From contig NC_081332.1 of NCBI RefSeq assembly GCF_022539665.2, positions 2,790,001 through 2,854,000 on the forward strand: DNA of 64,000 bases, given 5' to 3'. The notes under the pieces are model-generated. The model searched no databases and was not told where the DNA came from. It worked only from the letters and a program-made list of their open reading frames with translations. This DNA is from Daphnia carinata (Eukaryota). This document shows, piece by piece, positions 26,101 to 39,919 of this stretch; position 1 is the first letter of the stretch, and each line of letters opens with the position of its first letter. Both the position numbers and the translations under genes were made by a program.

Positions 26101-28296
26101 TGCGCTGACACTTTTTTTTTGTAATTCCTTCCACAGCTGGGCGTACGACTACCAACGAAGAGCTTGAGGAGATGTTGGAGCAGGGAAATCCTGCCGTTTT
26201 TACTCAAGGCGTAAGAATTGATTGACGTCTGTTGTGAAAGTAGGAAAACAGTTTTAACAATTGTTTTTATTGTTAGATCATCATGGAGACGCAGCAAGCC
26301 AGGCAGACGCTGGCCGACATTGAAGCTCGCCACGCCGACATTATGAAGCTGGAGAACTCGATCCGCGAGCTGCACGACATGTTTATGGACATGGCCATGC
26401 TCGTCGAGAACCAGGTACGATTACCGTCCTTACAAGAACAACAACAATTCGCAAACGACGGCTACGTGCCCTGAATTGTTGTTGATTTTGTTTTTTGTTT
26501 TGGCCAGCCTACTAGCGAACTTTTTACGTACGTGTATGAAACGTTGCGATTTAACGTCGTTTGTCTCGATGTGTCGTTGCGTTTGTAAACGTATAGGGAG
26601 AAATGATTGATCGGATCGAGTACAATGTGGAACACGCCGTCGACTACGTGCAGACGGCCACTCAAGACACGAAGAAGGCGTTGAAGTATCAAAGCAAAGC
26701 TCGACGGGTAAGTTGTCATCCATTTTCCCATTTTTTCTTATCGATTTTTCATCTTTATTTAGAAGGTACTTTACGTAGTTTCTTTCACTTTTGCCACTTT
26801 TCACGTTACTAGTTGGCATGTCTCAGAAATTTCTGTAGATTTCATATTTAACGAGTCACGACAACAAAATAGATTAAAAGTTTTTACAGCAGCCACTAGA
26901 TGGGCTATGCCGAAATTTGCAGAATGCTTTATTACATTACTATCATTTAAAATATTATTATTCATTTTATTTTTGCTGTTGGTTTTTTTTATTTTATTTT
27001 TTTTTTTCGGACTTTTTTTTTTGTTTATTTATTTATTCTTTTCCCATGTAGAAAAAGATATTTATTATCATCTGCGTCAGCGTCACTCTGGTCATCGTCT
27101 TGGCAATCATCATTGGAGTTACCGTTCCTAGTTAGAAATTTCTTGTATATAATCCCCCACACACAAGACCACGTTGCGTTTTCCAGTGAAAACAACAAAC
27201 AAAGAAATGTGTTAAATATTAGCAAAACAAAAATGTTTGAGGTTGAAAAACCAAACAAGTTGTGTGATGCAACGGCCTGCTGGAATCTGTTGATGGGGAA
27301 CCTCCGCTGTCTGCCTCCTTTTTCAATGAAAAAAAAAAGATTACTTAATAGCATTAAACACACATTTACAAAACCGGATAACAAGACTTATGACGCGACG
27401 AGAAATAAAAGCACCCCTCCCTTCTGAATTCTTATTATTTTTTTGTTATTTTCCGCGAAATCAATTCGTTCAATCTTTTGTTTTTTTATTTTATTTCTCG
27501 CTCGCTATAGTTGAATTGCATTGTGTATGCACACAGTTTTCATCGCTATTTTATTTTAGGTTGTAATGTACTGGAATATCTTTTTTTTATTTCATTTTCG
27601 ATCCAAAAATTCTTTCATGAGTGTGTCCTGCGAGTTATTTCCGAGCGCATGTATTGTGTGTGTGTGTGTTTTGTAGAAGAAGAAGGGGCTTATAGTAGGA
27701 AGCAGAAAATGAATTTCTTTCACTCTATTGATATTGGCTGTTATTTTCCTTCCTATCTTAACCTTTGCCTGTGTACATTTCTTGCTGTACATTAAAGTAT
27801 AAAACAGCGACAAATTGACTGACGATAACAACTAAACCTATAGTTGAAAAGACAATTTTTTCTCTTTTCATTTTCCTTTAATAAAAAGACGCAGACGCTA
27901 CTAATATCTCGGGAAACTGCCTTTTTTCTTAATTTTCTCCTTTTTAGTCGTTCGTATTCTTTCCTTGTTTCGTTTGTCGTGACTGGAGTTCAAAAGAAAA
28001 CAATTTTAGCATTTCTTCTTGTTTTGCTTCCAGTATTATCAGTAGATACCAGCAAATGTTTATTTTCTTTAAACGAGCTAACCAATCTTCTCTCTGTCTC
28101 TGTCTCTTTTTTCCGTTGTTCTTTTTCTTTTTCTATTGCCTTTGTGGTAAAACATACTCGACACCTGTCCGTGTGTGTTTTGCTCTGTTGTTACGCGTGT
28201 TGCGGATATTTGCAGAAGAAGATTATGATCATGATATGTTTGGCCATATTGGGCATCATCCTGGCCTCCACCATTGGCGGATACTTTGGATTGTAA
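23139..28296 (+). CDS. Syx1A: Syntaxin-1A, 8 common exons plus two alternative terminal TM exons (27052-27135 or 28216-28296)
   Basis: [11 protein letters not shown] start; [47 protein letters not shown] motif [52 protein letters not shown] + TM helix. Confidence 0.97.
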
Positions 28297-29819
28297 TAAT
28301 AAAAAAAAACGAAACAAAAAACCCACCACCTGTCCAATCAAAAGCCTCAAAAGGCTTTTCATGTCCGCCAGCCTGAATCAGACAACGCCGAGGCAACAAA
28401 GAAAAGGCACGAACTACGTCTTCTTCGTTTCCTTCAATAACTTCAAAATCTGTTGTAAAGTAGCCAGAAAAACAAACGGCTTTTTCCTTCTTAAGCAAAA
28501 AATCGAAAAGGGCCTAACCCTGAAGTCACTCTTCATGTTGCGTTCGTTCATCTTCGATATTTTATCATTTCGAATCTTCTGTGTGTTATTGGTTTCCATT
28601 TTCCGTCACTACAAGATAAATAAGTATTCGTTTTACAGCGCCAACTCAATGGATTACTTAAAAACTGTCTTCTGTTGCTTTGGTTTCATTTCAGTTACCT
28701 AGTCCATTTCTATTAGTTCAGTCGACTGGTGTTTTTGTTCGTACTTTTTATTCTTCCTTTGTCTCTCACAATCTGTCGGCCTCCTTGTTCTCCAGTCTCC
28801 CTCACACACACACACACAATTGAGAAAATTTTTAACCAAATGAAAACATTAGTTATTACTTCATGTCCCCTCAAAGCTGCTAAACCTGTATTTTATGGAC
28901 ATTTTTCGTCACGCAGTAGCCTCGATTTCAATGGTTTTTACTTTCTTTTTCTTCCCTTTTTCTGTAAGTATATAATGTTGACACATGCATGTGAACCAGT
29001 CAGATGTTGATTCAGCTCGGTACTTATATAAATATGATGACAATGTATCTATGCATTTCCCCACACTGGAAGGAAGGGGTTTGTTACGTTTGAAACCAAA
29101 AAAAAAAATATTTACCGAGTAAAAGCTGCTACAAGTTGATGACACCAACATTTTAGGCTAAAAACTTTTTCCCTTTGTTTTCATTAGTAGACAATTATTT
29201 AGTGCATACTACCTATTATAAACGGTTAATCATTCACTTTGTAAACAAATAAAAGTCGTCCCTAAAATAGGTAACTTTTTTTTTCCAAAACTCAAATCCC
29301 AATCGACTTCCTACGCTGCTACTGCTGCCACATATTGTGGATTTCAGTCCCCGAGTTATATTTGTTCTTCTTTCATTTTATTGTTGTTTTATTTTTCGCC
29401 ACTTCATCCATTCTCCTGCTCTGTGTGTGTGGTATTAAACAAATATAATAATACAGAAAAAATAAAACAAAAAAAACACAGACTAACCCACATCATGTCT
29501 TCCTAAATCGACTGTAAACATCGTCTGCTTCTATTCAAGAATCATCTTTCAGGTAAGAACACTACTAAGATTCTCTCTTGTCACTTTATTTCCCCTTTTC
29601 TTGTTCGAGTTTCATACATATAAAAATTATATTGGTGCTTCCTTGTTTATGATTCTTTCATTCGAGCCTTACAGTACCGGATGAAACCAATGAATCATGC
29701 AGATTTTCTGGTTATCAAAATTTCAAAATTTCATATCATTTTTTAGTGTGTTTAGATTAACAAAATTGGCTCGTTGAGTCATGGAATTTAGATAAATGAT
29801 GATGTATTGATTTTGTTAC

Positions 29820-30540
29820 TGCTAGAAAGCGAAAGCAAAAAAAAGAGAACCTCCATCAAACTGTTGAGAAGACGACGTCATCATGGTTTGTCTGCTAACC
29901 GTTTCGCTTTCATCCAGTGTGCTTTTCTCAGTATTTATGCTAACGCAAAATAGATCAAATGAAACCTAACCAACAAACAGAAAGCCTTAAAAAGGGAAAA
30001 AGAAAACACAAAATCCTTAGAACGTAAATTCTTAAATTCGAAAGGCACTGGAAAACTCAGTTTACTGTTTGGCTTTTGCAAGAAGTCATTCGTCATGTAG
30101 ATGGCAAAGAACGCAAACCCAACCAACTGTATATAAATGCAATATTCGTATATAAGCCCATTCGGTAGAGTATTCTGTTTATTCGTCGGCCTGACATCGA
30201 TCGCCGTTGCTCTCGTGACGACAACGGTGACAATAGAAAGGGGATAGGTATAAAGAGAGACCCAATCGTCAATCCTGCATGCAACTGACAGACACACACA
30301 CAGTTATGTACCACGTTACTACCACAATACTATGAAGTACGGACGCATGACTTGAAACCTCTTTTGCAATCGATCGATACTCACATAGAAGATGAAGAGC
30401 AAAATCCATACAGTCTCGCTCGTCTTTATGGCCCTTGAGTTCTGCATTCTGGCTTTTCCTAGCCACCTCCTTCCGGGCGTTTTTCCATTCACGAGAGATT
30501 GCCACGTCACATGCGCCAGATCCTTGCTCACTCGCAAAAC
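29820..30540 (-). pseudogene. Possible membrane-protein gene remnant (exon-like pieces with hydrophobic segments)
   Basis: Exon-like blocks bounded by ag/gt give VWILLFIFY, YEYCIYIQLVGFAFFAIYM and QFDGGSLF. Frames do not join cleanly; family not identified. Confidence 0.25.
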
Positions 30541-31442
30541 ATTTTATATCGAAAATATCAATAGTCGTTCGTCTTCTTCTTTCCCTTATTGTTATTATTA
30601 TTAATTTTTATTTCCCATTAGGATAGCTTTCTGATATACGGATCGCGCCTGCGTGGCTTAAAACGTATTAATGGTCCTGAAAAGCTCATACGAAATATAT
30701 TGCTAAGGAGAAGAAATGACAAAATCAACAGAAAGGCAAAAAAATAAATCAAATTTCGATCTCAAGTTTGCTCGTGGGACCGCAAACAACTACATGCAGT
30801 TATTGTATTCGTCCATTTTTCGGTACTAGAGACACGGATGGACTTGAATCAACCGATCAATATGGTTATCCTTTGTTTGGTCGTGTACGGAAAATGGCCA
30901 TAAGCGAAGACGCGATCTTCAGGTGAATGAGAAAAGGGTTCAGCAGCGACATATTTGTCCTATTCATTTATCTTTCAGTCTTTATCCAGCAAATGGAACA
31001 GTACTCTTTCACCTTTTAACATAAAGTAGTCTTATTTCTATTTGTCATAGTCCCTTCAGCAAACAAAGGCTGGAGGGGTTTTTCCAGATTCCCCCACGTT
31101 AAAAAAATCACACATAACATGAGATGAGATATGCTTATGCAAGGTTAGTGGCCTGTCGTCCATGGTCACCACATGTGTGCGGAATTCTGAAGATGTTGAC
31201 AACGAAGTTCCAAATTATTTCTCCTAGACCTACTAAAACTTCTCGTTGTTCAGGATTGTTCCTTCTGTAACATATCTTTTGATCTCTTGCGTGCTAAGAA
31301 TTAAAAATGTCTCGCAACTGACATAAAACGGAACGAAAAACGAAAGGCAAAATAACAAAATCGAATCTAGCGCGTTTCTTAACAAGTTACGCGGAACCTA
31401 TTCCGCGCCCTTTACACAAGACCCCATTCACCACGGCACCAC

Positions 31443-31443
<1 letters not shown>

Positions 31444-31488
<45 letters not shown>

Positions 31489-31496
31489 CACACACA
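31444..31496 (+). repeat. (CA)n microsatellite immediately upstream of the NAA25 ATG
   Basis: Direct reading; ATG at 31499. Confidence 0.95.
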
Positions 31497-31498
31497 TC

Positions 31499-34400
31499 AT
31501 GGTGTCGAAGATGGCTCCAAAGACGAAACCGGTGGATAACTCTGTCAACGAGAGACGTTTGCGGCCCATTTACGGTAAATGATCTCAAAGCAAGGAATTC
31601 CTAAATTATGTTACACTCTCCTCAGATACTTAAATACTTCGAAAAATCGTGTTTGACCCGTAATTGTCTAGATTAAACTGTCGCTCTACTTGTTTAATTT
31701 TCGTAACCAAAATAGATTGGCTGGATAATGGAAACAATAAAAAAGCCCTACAAGAAGCTGAAAAGGTTTTGAAGAAGCAACCAAACCTCCAGTGTGCCAA
31801 AGTATTCTTGCTAAACTTCACATTTAATTAACTGAAAATGTCAACTTGTAAAAACCTAGGTATTAAAAGCACTTGCAATGGTACGCCTGGGGAAATCAGA
31901 AGAAGCTCAGATTATATTGAAAGATGTACAATTGGAGGAGCCTTGTGAAGATGCTACTCTCCAAGCCATGGCTATTTGTTATCGGGAAACACACAGACGT
32001 AACAGACAAATACAAACCTTTTTATTTACACAAATTGTAAGGAATTTTGTTACTTTGTATTTCAGCTGAACTAACATGCCAGATATATGAAGCTGCTGTG
32101 AAAAAAGATCCATTAAATGAAGAGTTTTTGTCCCACCTTTTCATGGGTTATGTCCGTATTGGAGACTATCGAAAACAACAACAAACAGCCATGGCCCTCT
32201 TCAAAGTTAAACCCAAAAACCCCTATTATTTCTGGGCTGTTATGAGTATCCTTATGCAAGTAAATGTCTTTTGCTGTTTGTCTTAGAACGTTCATGATGG
32301 ATATTTTATTCCTTCCTAGGCCTACGTTAGTGACGATACCGTATGCCTTACGATTACCTTGCCACTTGCAGAACGAATGATTAAAAAGTTCGTAGAAGAA
32401 AAAAATAGAAGCTGAAGCTGAGGTACAGTTGTACTTGATGGTCCTGGAGAGACAGGTATTTCCAAGTTGCAGTCTTTTATTGCCTGGATGTGTATAACCA
32501 ACCAATGTCCTTATCCAGAGAAAATACCATGAAGCCTTAGAAGTGCTACAGGGGCCGCTATCAGAAAAGCTGGCTTCTGGCATAATCGAAAGTAAAAAAG
32601 GCGAATATCTCAAACAAATGAAACGTTGGGATCAGATGATGGATTATACCGAAGAGCTTTTACGTTCAAATCCTGATCAATGGAGCTATTACGTCCATTA
32701 TGCAGAAACTTTGTTTGAAATTTCATCTCAAGACGTGACCGTAGTTGATCGGGCGAAAACGTTTTTGTTCTCGTTACTGGAGCAAGAAAGAATGAAATCG
32801 GCTAATAAATTAAGGGGTCCGTACCTGGCAATGCTGTATTTTTGGCAGCAACTTCAACAGCGAAATTTCGATGCCTCCGCCGTTTTTGGTATTTCTTTCT
32901 ATCCATTTGATAAAGTTTGGTTGAACATGGATGTTGCAAAATTAATTTATCATAACTTGTTTGTAGGGAACTTCAAGGAGTTTGCGCAGGAGTATGTGGA
33001 AATTATGGGAGACAAACCATGCGCTTTCCAGGATCTCAAACCATTCATTAGAAGCTTACCAGCAGACCAAGTTACTGAGTTTCTCGATTGCGTTAATCAA
33101 TCTGTCGGCTTGGACGACCCAAGTCGTCAGTCACCTAAAACGGTAATAGTTGGTAATAACAAAAAGGATAATACAAACTATTGTTTTTCATTAAGGTTAA
33201 GCAAATCTGTCGGCATTTGCTGCAACTTCAACTCAATCGCTTTCTCGGGCAACATGATCTATTAGGTAAAGAGGAGAAAACTCAACTGTCTCGTGAATTA
33301 TGGGACCACTATCTACGAACCAAATTTTTAAATGTTGGCCTATTAACGACGGATATCAGGTAATTTCTTTCGGTTATTTTAAATTACATAATTTCAACGC
33401 TACTTTATTTGTTTTTAAACGAGTAGACCAAATGATGGATATGCCTTACTGGCGGCCCACCTTTTGTTAGATACGTGGAATAATGATCCCGATGTTCTTG
33501 AAAAGTGCCTGTTGTTGCTGGAAATGGCCCTTGCCAATAGTCCGGCCAATTATCACCTCAAGTTGCTCGTCACGAGAGTTTACACACTAGCTGGTAAACA
33601 CATAATAGTTGTGGCAAATTTCTATGCGTCGATTATTTGTAACCAATGCCTCTAAAGGTCACGGACGAGCAGCTTTCCAGCGTTACGAGACGTTAGATAT
33701 TAAATACATCCAATTGGATTCCCTCGGCCATTTGCTCTGTCGACCTCTACTTTCGATGGGATTACCATATACAGCTTCGCCACTTTTGTCTAGCACATTA
33801 CGTTTTTACACCACACACGCCAGAGAAGTATTGACACTCATATTATTTATTTAGAAAATAGTTCTTGAATGTCCTGGTTGTTTCTTACTGAACAGACATC
33901 TGAATGCCTGATCTCGGCTTATAAATTTGGCTCCTTCGGGAAGATTCCGGAATTTACACAATTTTGCCAACGACTTGATAGCTCTGCTCACTTCGCCTCA
34001 ATCACCACGGAGCGCATGTTGCTTGATTTGCTCCTTGAGAGCAACTCGCATACTAAATTAGTGCAGATGGCAGGAGGCATGTTCGCCGATCCTGACAAGG
34101 ATCAACCTGACTGGCAAGCCTGCGTCGATAATCGCGATTGCGGTGTTTTTGTCTCCTGGGAGCCACCGTCCAAGTATTCAGCAAAGCAAACCAAGTTTGA
34201 ATAATTTAATATTTTACTCTGATCGCTGTTCTTGTTTGCAATTCCTAACAGAAATTCGCACGATGATATCGTGAAGACAACGTTTAACGACGAAGTGAAA
34301 TTCGCTCGGCTACGCAATCGTCTTGTTCACGCCCTTATTGCCACTGTTGCGCTCTCGCCGATTTGGCAGGTTGAACATTTTATGCTTTGTCGTTAGTTTT

Positions 34401-35380
34401 ACTAAACAAGCTGCTAGCAAACTGTTGATTTTTCCAGATTGAAGTTCAAGAAACGAAAAGTAGAACGGAAAACTTGAACAATGATCAAATAGCAGAACAC
34501 CCGAGGGATAAGTGTATTTTACCTAAACTGCTTCAAGAACTTGGAATTTTGTTAACTGAGTTGAAATCAGAGTCGTTGATGAGCCATAGTCAGGTAAAAA
34601 GGGAATTAAAGTCATACACTACATTTGGTTTGACGATTAAACTTTGCCCGTAGTTCTCCGTGCAAAGTCCACCACCTCCAAGGCTTTATTCCTACGTTGA
34701 GAACGGTTCTCTAGAACCGATTTTGATTTTGATGGATATAGTCTCAAAGGGCCAATGTCACGCGATTGGTAACGATGAAATCCGACAGCTTGATAATGCC
34801 CTCAACCGCGTTGTTGACTCTGCTCAGCTGTCCGTCGCCAGCGAGGGTTTCTGGAGGAATTATGTCCGACTTGAGAGAGTTTACAATGCAGTCGAGGTAA
34901 AGATTTGCTTGACTGATTGTAAGAGATGAAAAATAATGGATTTCTTTCAATTTACAGACATTATGTTTGTGTGTGCTGGTCACTTCTACTATTCATGCCA
35001 TAATCAAAAATAACAATGCATTAAGCAAAAAAAGAAAAAAAAAGGTGAAGCGGATAATGGCGATTCATTGAACAGAGTATGTACCACAAATTTCCCGTTC
35101 GTGGAAGTCAGAACTTAAATCCAACTTAATAATTCAGGTAAAGCAATTTTCGACCTTGGTAAGCTGTGTAACGTCTAACATGAAAAAGATGGAAGCTCTT
35201 ATTGACGAGTTAAGCGTCCAAGTGGGTGTCAGCCAGATGAAATTAACAGAATCAGATAACGAAAAAGCAGTACATGCGATCACAGATGAAATAAACAAGA
35301 ACTTGAGTCAGTCCCCCGTTTCAGAAGTGAAGAATCTAATGGTGGAAAAGTTTAAGTTGTTAGAGACATGCAACCTGTAA
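31499..35380 (+). CDS. NAA25: NAA25/psidin, copy B (full length, multi-exon)
   Basis: N-terminus [79 protein letters not shown]. Apparent poly-A frameshifts at ~32401 and ~35030. Confidence 0.93.
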
Positions 35381-36576
35381 TGCGAAATACAATTTTCGTT
35401 GCATTGCTTTCCACGAGTTTGATATTCCTTTTTTTACGGATATGTGAATGCATAGTCTTCTCGACTAATGCGAGCCTTACCATATAAGCTCAAAAACTAT
35501 AGACTCTACATAAAAACAACTTCCATTTTCGCGTTCCTTGGTTAATTTTGAATCAGAATCATATATTATCTAGATTTAATTATATTATTTTTTAATAGGA
35601 CAAAATTTTAAGCCCGACAATATAAGGCCGGCTTTCTGTTTTTTTTCCCTTTAATTCAAAAACTATAACGCCAATTAAAAAATATTCCATTCCATTCTGC
35701 ATCGAAAACATGTATTTTAAGCCAAATTTGAAATTTGGCACAAAATTAAAAAAATGAGAAGGCTATAGCCTTCTACAATACTACAAATAATAACAATGAA
35801 AATTCACATAGGTAACGTTGATTTGCCAACGCCATCTCGGAGTAATATGAGTAGCATTTGCAGGCGTTACTACTGGTATACTTCATAACAGAAGCGTACT
35901 GGCGGTTTAGTACTGAACAGTCAGAACTTACAGTCCATCATATTCCATATGGTCATCTTATTCTTTGTTTATTTATTACTTATATTCCAATCAGAACTAA
36001 TTTAATTGCTTAAATTCAATTCACGAAACGTTGATTTGGGGCTTACATGTAAAAATTTTACAATAGGCCGTTGTTTATAACAATTCCGCCTATTGGGCTT
36101 CTTCTCTTCTCATTGCCAGTGAACGGCCAATCATCAACGACCTTTTGTGTACTGAACAACAGGCGTCTGCAAAATTCCATGCGATGTGGAACATAGAAAG
36201 TGCTCATGTTGGAGCTGTAAAAATCCGTAACAATAATTTCTCATTTTCTTTTTTTTTTTTCGTTATGCAAGTGAGCATAGATTTTTATCTTTTACCACGT
36301 TTCTGAACTGTTGGTATATTGGTATGCAAGATGAAACTTAATTGAAAACACTTTCTACTGTGTTTCCGATGCTTGTTCCAGTGTCTTCAGTTGACCCCTA
36401 GAATCCGGGAATTAGTCACGCACATCTAATCTGACTTAAACCTTTCAGGTTGCGTGAAGGATATTACGAAAAAGAGTTAACTTTCGCCGTAGCCTTCCTA
36501 ATCCAAGTGATTTTTGTCATGCCTGAAATAATGAAGGAAAAAAGTGTCAAATCAGGCTTCATCTCCGCTCAGTGAC

Positions 36577-36980
36577 ATGGACACTGAAGAATATATTGTT
36601 GGGAAAATCTGAGGTTAGTTTGGAAATTTATCTAAATTGAATATGTTAATATAAATTTACCGTCTTGTGATTATAACAGAATCTGAAATATCATATTAGG
36701 AGAAGGATGGTGAAGTTGGGTATTTGCTGATAGGGATAGGGGTTGAATGAGAATCCTGAAAACAAGCTAAGCCAAGAGAAGAAAATTGTGAAGAAAAAAG
36801 AACTAAAGCACAGGTTTGTTTCAAATTCTTAACTAGAAGCTATGAACAGCAAGATGTTGTCAGTAAATCTATAGTTTCTACATGTCATTATGGATGCCCA
36901 GTCTTCCAACAGGATTTGATCGAAATTTAGAGGCGGAGACAATTTTAGGAGTGAGAGATGACGGTAACGTAACTATATAG
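36577..36980 (+). pseudogene. Decayed HP1/CBX-like gene, copy B
   Basis: Same sequence and stops as 4006-4409. Confidence 0.75.
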
Positions 36981-39919
36981 GTAACCGTTTTGTTTTTGTG
37001 TTCTATTAAAACTTCCCCCTGTCATTTTCAAGCAATTTTTTTTTTGTTTTTAGATAGTTGTACGGATGTGTAAAGAATGGTGGTTGCAGGTCATGAGAGC
37101 CATTCCTTTAGACAATACCTTTCCATTTTTATTGCTTTAATTTTTGTCATTTTAGCCGCTGAATGTAGCTGGAACAGAACGGATTGGAATTTTAACGTCA
37201 AGACATCGGGCTGGTTGGACGATTAAACATCCCTCTGCGGGGACACAGACATTGTGTCTAGTTTTTATCTGTAGATAATTTTGGGATAACAACTTTGCCA
37301 CGAATACTGTGACTTTGATAACTAGCAGTTGAACAGCCTTTCAATTCCAAACAAAAGGAGTCATGGTAATTGTATGTTTTGTATACATCTCTGTATAAAC
37401 TATCACATATCTAGATTACTCAATTGACATGACACTCTATATGGCTGGCATTGGAGTAGATAATGCTGTTCGTTTGCAGAATATGTCACTGAGAAGGGCT
37501 TCTATTATGGTAGGAGTATCATGTTTTACTACAGGCTGACCAGAATTACAAACACATTGATTGAAAACTATCATCAATTTCAACAATTGGTAAGTGAAAT
37601 AATAATAGTAATAATATGAAATTGTAATAATATTCTAATGGTAAGTAAATACTTTGGAATTATTGTTGGGAAAGAGTGACAATATTTATAATATAAATTA
37701 TTATTTTTTTAACAGGTTAAAAACCATTTTCTAGGCTGTTTATGGTAAAGTATATTATATATAGCTATGAATTCATGTTATCCCAACGAATTGAAAATAA
37801 TTGTACTAATTTTTATCTACATTTGTCGAAGCTTTGTAAACCATAGGTTCCTATGGACATATATATACACATAGACTAACACTGTAACTTCGATAATTAA
37901 CAGTTGAATAGCCTTTCAATTTCAAACAATAAGGAGTTATGGTAATTGTATGATTTGTACACATTTCTACATAACATATCACTTATCTAGATTAACTCAT
38001 TGAAATGACACTTTATATGGCTGGTGTCTGAGTAATGCTGCTCAAAGTATTGTGTTTTAGGATAGACTGACCAGAATCCTACATTGTAAACTACAGTATG
38101 GTAAATATTATGTATTTCATTAGATTCATGTGTGCTGAGGATAATTCAATAGTAATAGTAATGGGAAGAAATGATAGGTTAGTAAAATTATTTTCCAACC
38201 TATTTATGGTAAGACATATTGTGTATCAATTATGAATGTTTATTTGCCCACCTAATTGAAAATAATTGTACTTTTTACTTTGTTTAATTGTACTTTGCTT
38301 TGCTTATTTGTTAGTGATCAGAATTATTTTTTGGGTTAGTGTAACATTAAATAATTTAATAGTTATTCAAAGTCGAACAGTTGAAATATCAAGTAGATTC
38401 ACATATGCAGGGCATACGTTAAAATAGTGTTTTGCAGGTACAAGAATTACACATACATATTTAAACTTTATTGATAAGATTTTCGATGTTTAATAATTTC
38501 TATTTACATTCAGAAGTATCCGGTTAGTAATGTGAATTAAAGGACATGACTATATGATGAATACCAGCAGTGATGAAACCTAAGAGTAGCAACAAACATA
38601 AAGTATGGTACTATAAATTTTTTAATTAATTAGTGGTACTTAACAAATTTCAATACCTCATTTGAATCAGTTTGAAAGGCAGCCAGAGTAAACACGCCAG
38701 CACCTACTCACACATGGATTGAAAGGGTCGTTCCTAAAAGAAATGGAATGCTATTGGTAACAGTTTGATTTAATTAAGAATTAGTTTACTAACATAGATT
38801 TAGAACTAATTTAATTGAAGTAGAGATATCCTCTAACTTTCTACAATTAAAGAAGACAATGAAGCTAGTTAGCATAAATTCAACTTACCTGATAAGCGAA
38901 TCGATTGACGATGGTGATATAGTTGTGGTATATTTGTAGAAGCAAGACTCCGTACGAATGTGAATATCTAGCGTCTAGACGACGCCTTAAATACTCGCAG
39001 ACACGTGTCACATTATTGCTTTCCCGGAAGTAGAGCGTAGGGTAGAGGGACCTAATTCTGAAGGTCGATAGGTTGAAGGGCAAATTTTTATTTCCAGGTG
39101 AGCCCGAGGTTATAGCCATTCCCCATCGATTGACCCTAGGTTACTTGGTTTTTTTTATTTTCTTTTTTTTTTTTTTTTTTTTTTGCATTTTTCTTGTTTC
39201 TTTCCAAGTGCCTAAAACAGATGAAGAACCTCGGGCATACACAAAAAAGGCGAGGGGAGGGGGGATGAAGCAAAAAAGAAGCTAGAAGCTCAGTAGCTCA
39301 GTAGCTCTTTCACCTGCACGCGGTGCACTAGTGTACATTTGTTGCTTGAAATCCACGTCTAATTATTCTTAGAACTTTCGCACGTGCAGCCAGCTTTCGC
39401 AATTTGTAGATTCATCAACTACGCATCAATAACGCACTGCATCAGCACCTGGGTTAGCCTCTGCACTGGACTTGTTTAGTTGGGTAGTACGATAAGTCTA
39501 GATGAATTAGATAAACGTAGATTAAGTTAAGGATTAGTAGGTCTAAAGTTAAGTTAAGAGTAAGGCTACTTTAAGTAAGGCGTAAGCGTAGTCCACCTCA
39601 ATATGTTACCTTTGCACAACACTATCTCAGCCACTTTCTTTCACTTTTTTATGCAATTATGAACCGTAGTCGTTGTTCGCAAACCATTTGCTTACTAAAA
39701 ATCGTACATTTCAACTTTTTCACACAATTTCCACATGAACTGCCAATCCAAACAACCTCCTGATCATTATCGAACGATTAATAACCAATTTATTTTCAGG
39801 AAATTTTTATCCAATGTAACTGTAATTTGTGTATCTGATCCTGTTAGAATTAAGATGACACTTATTGCTGATGAAATATTCAAAAGAAAAATGTTTTTTT
39901 TTTCTCTTTTGTACAATCA

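Noticed and set aside
29820..30540. Otopetrin assignment for the membrane-protein remnant
   Set aside because: Resemblance (YIQLVGFAFFAIYM, GGSLF) too weak without a search.
32395..32410. Programmed frameshift or pseudogenisation of NAA25
   Set aside because: Indels fall in A-homopolymers, and at the two sites covered by both copies the other copy is in frame; consensus error is more likely.
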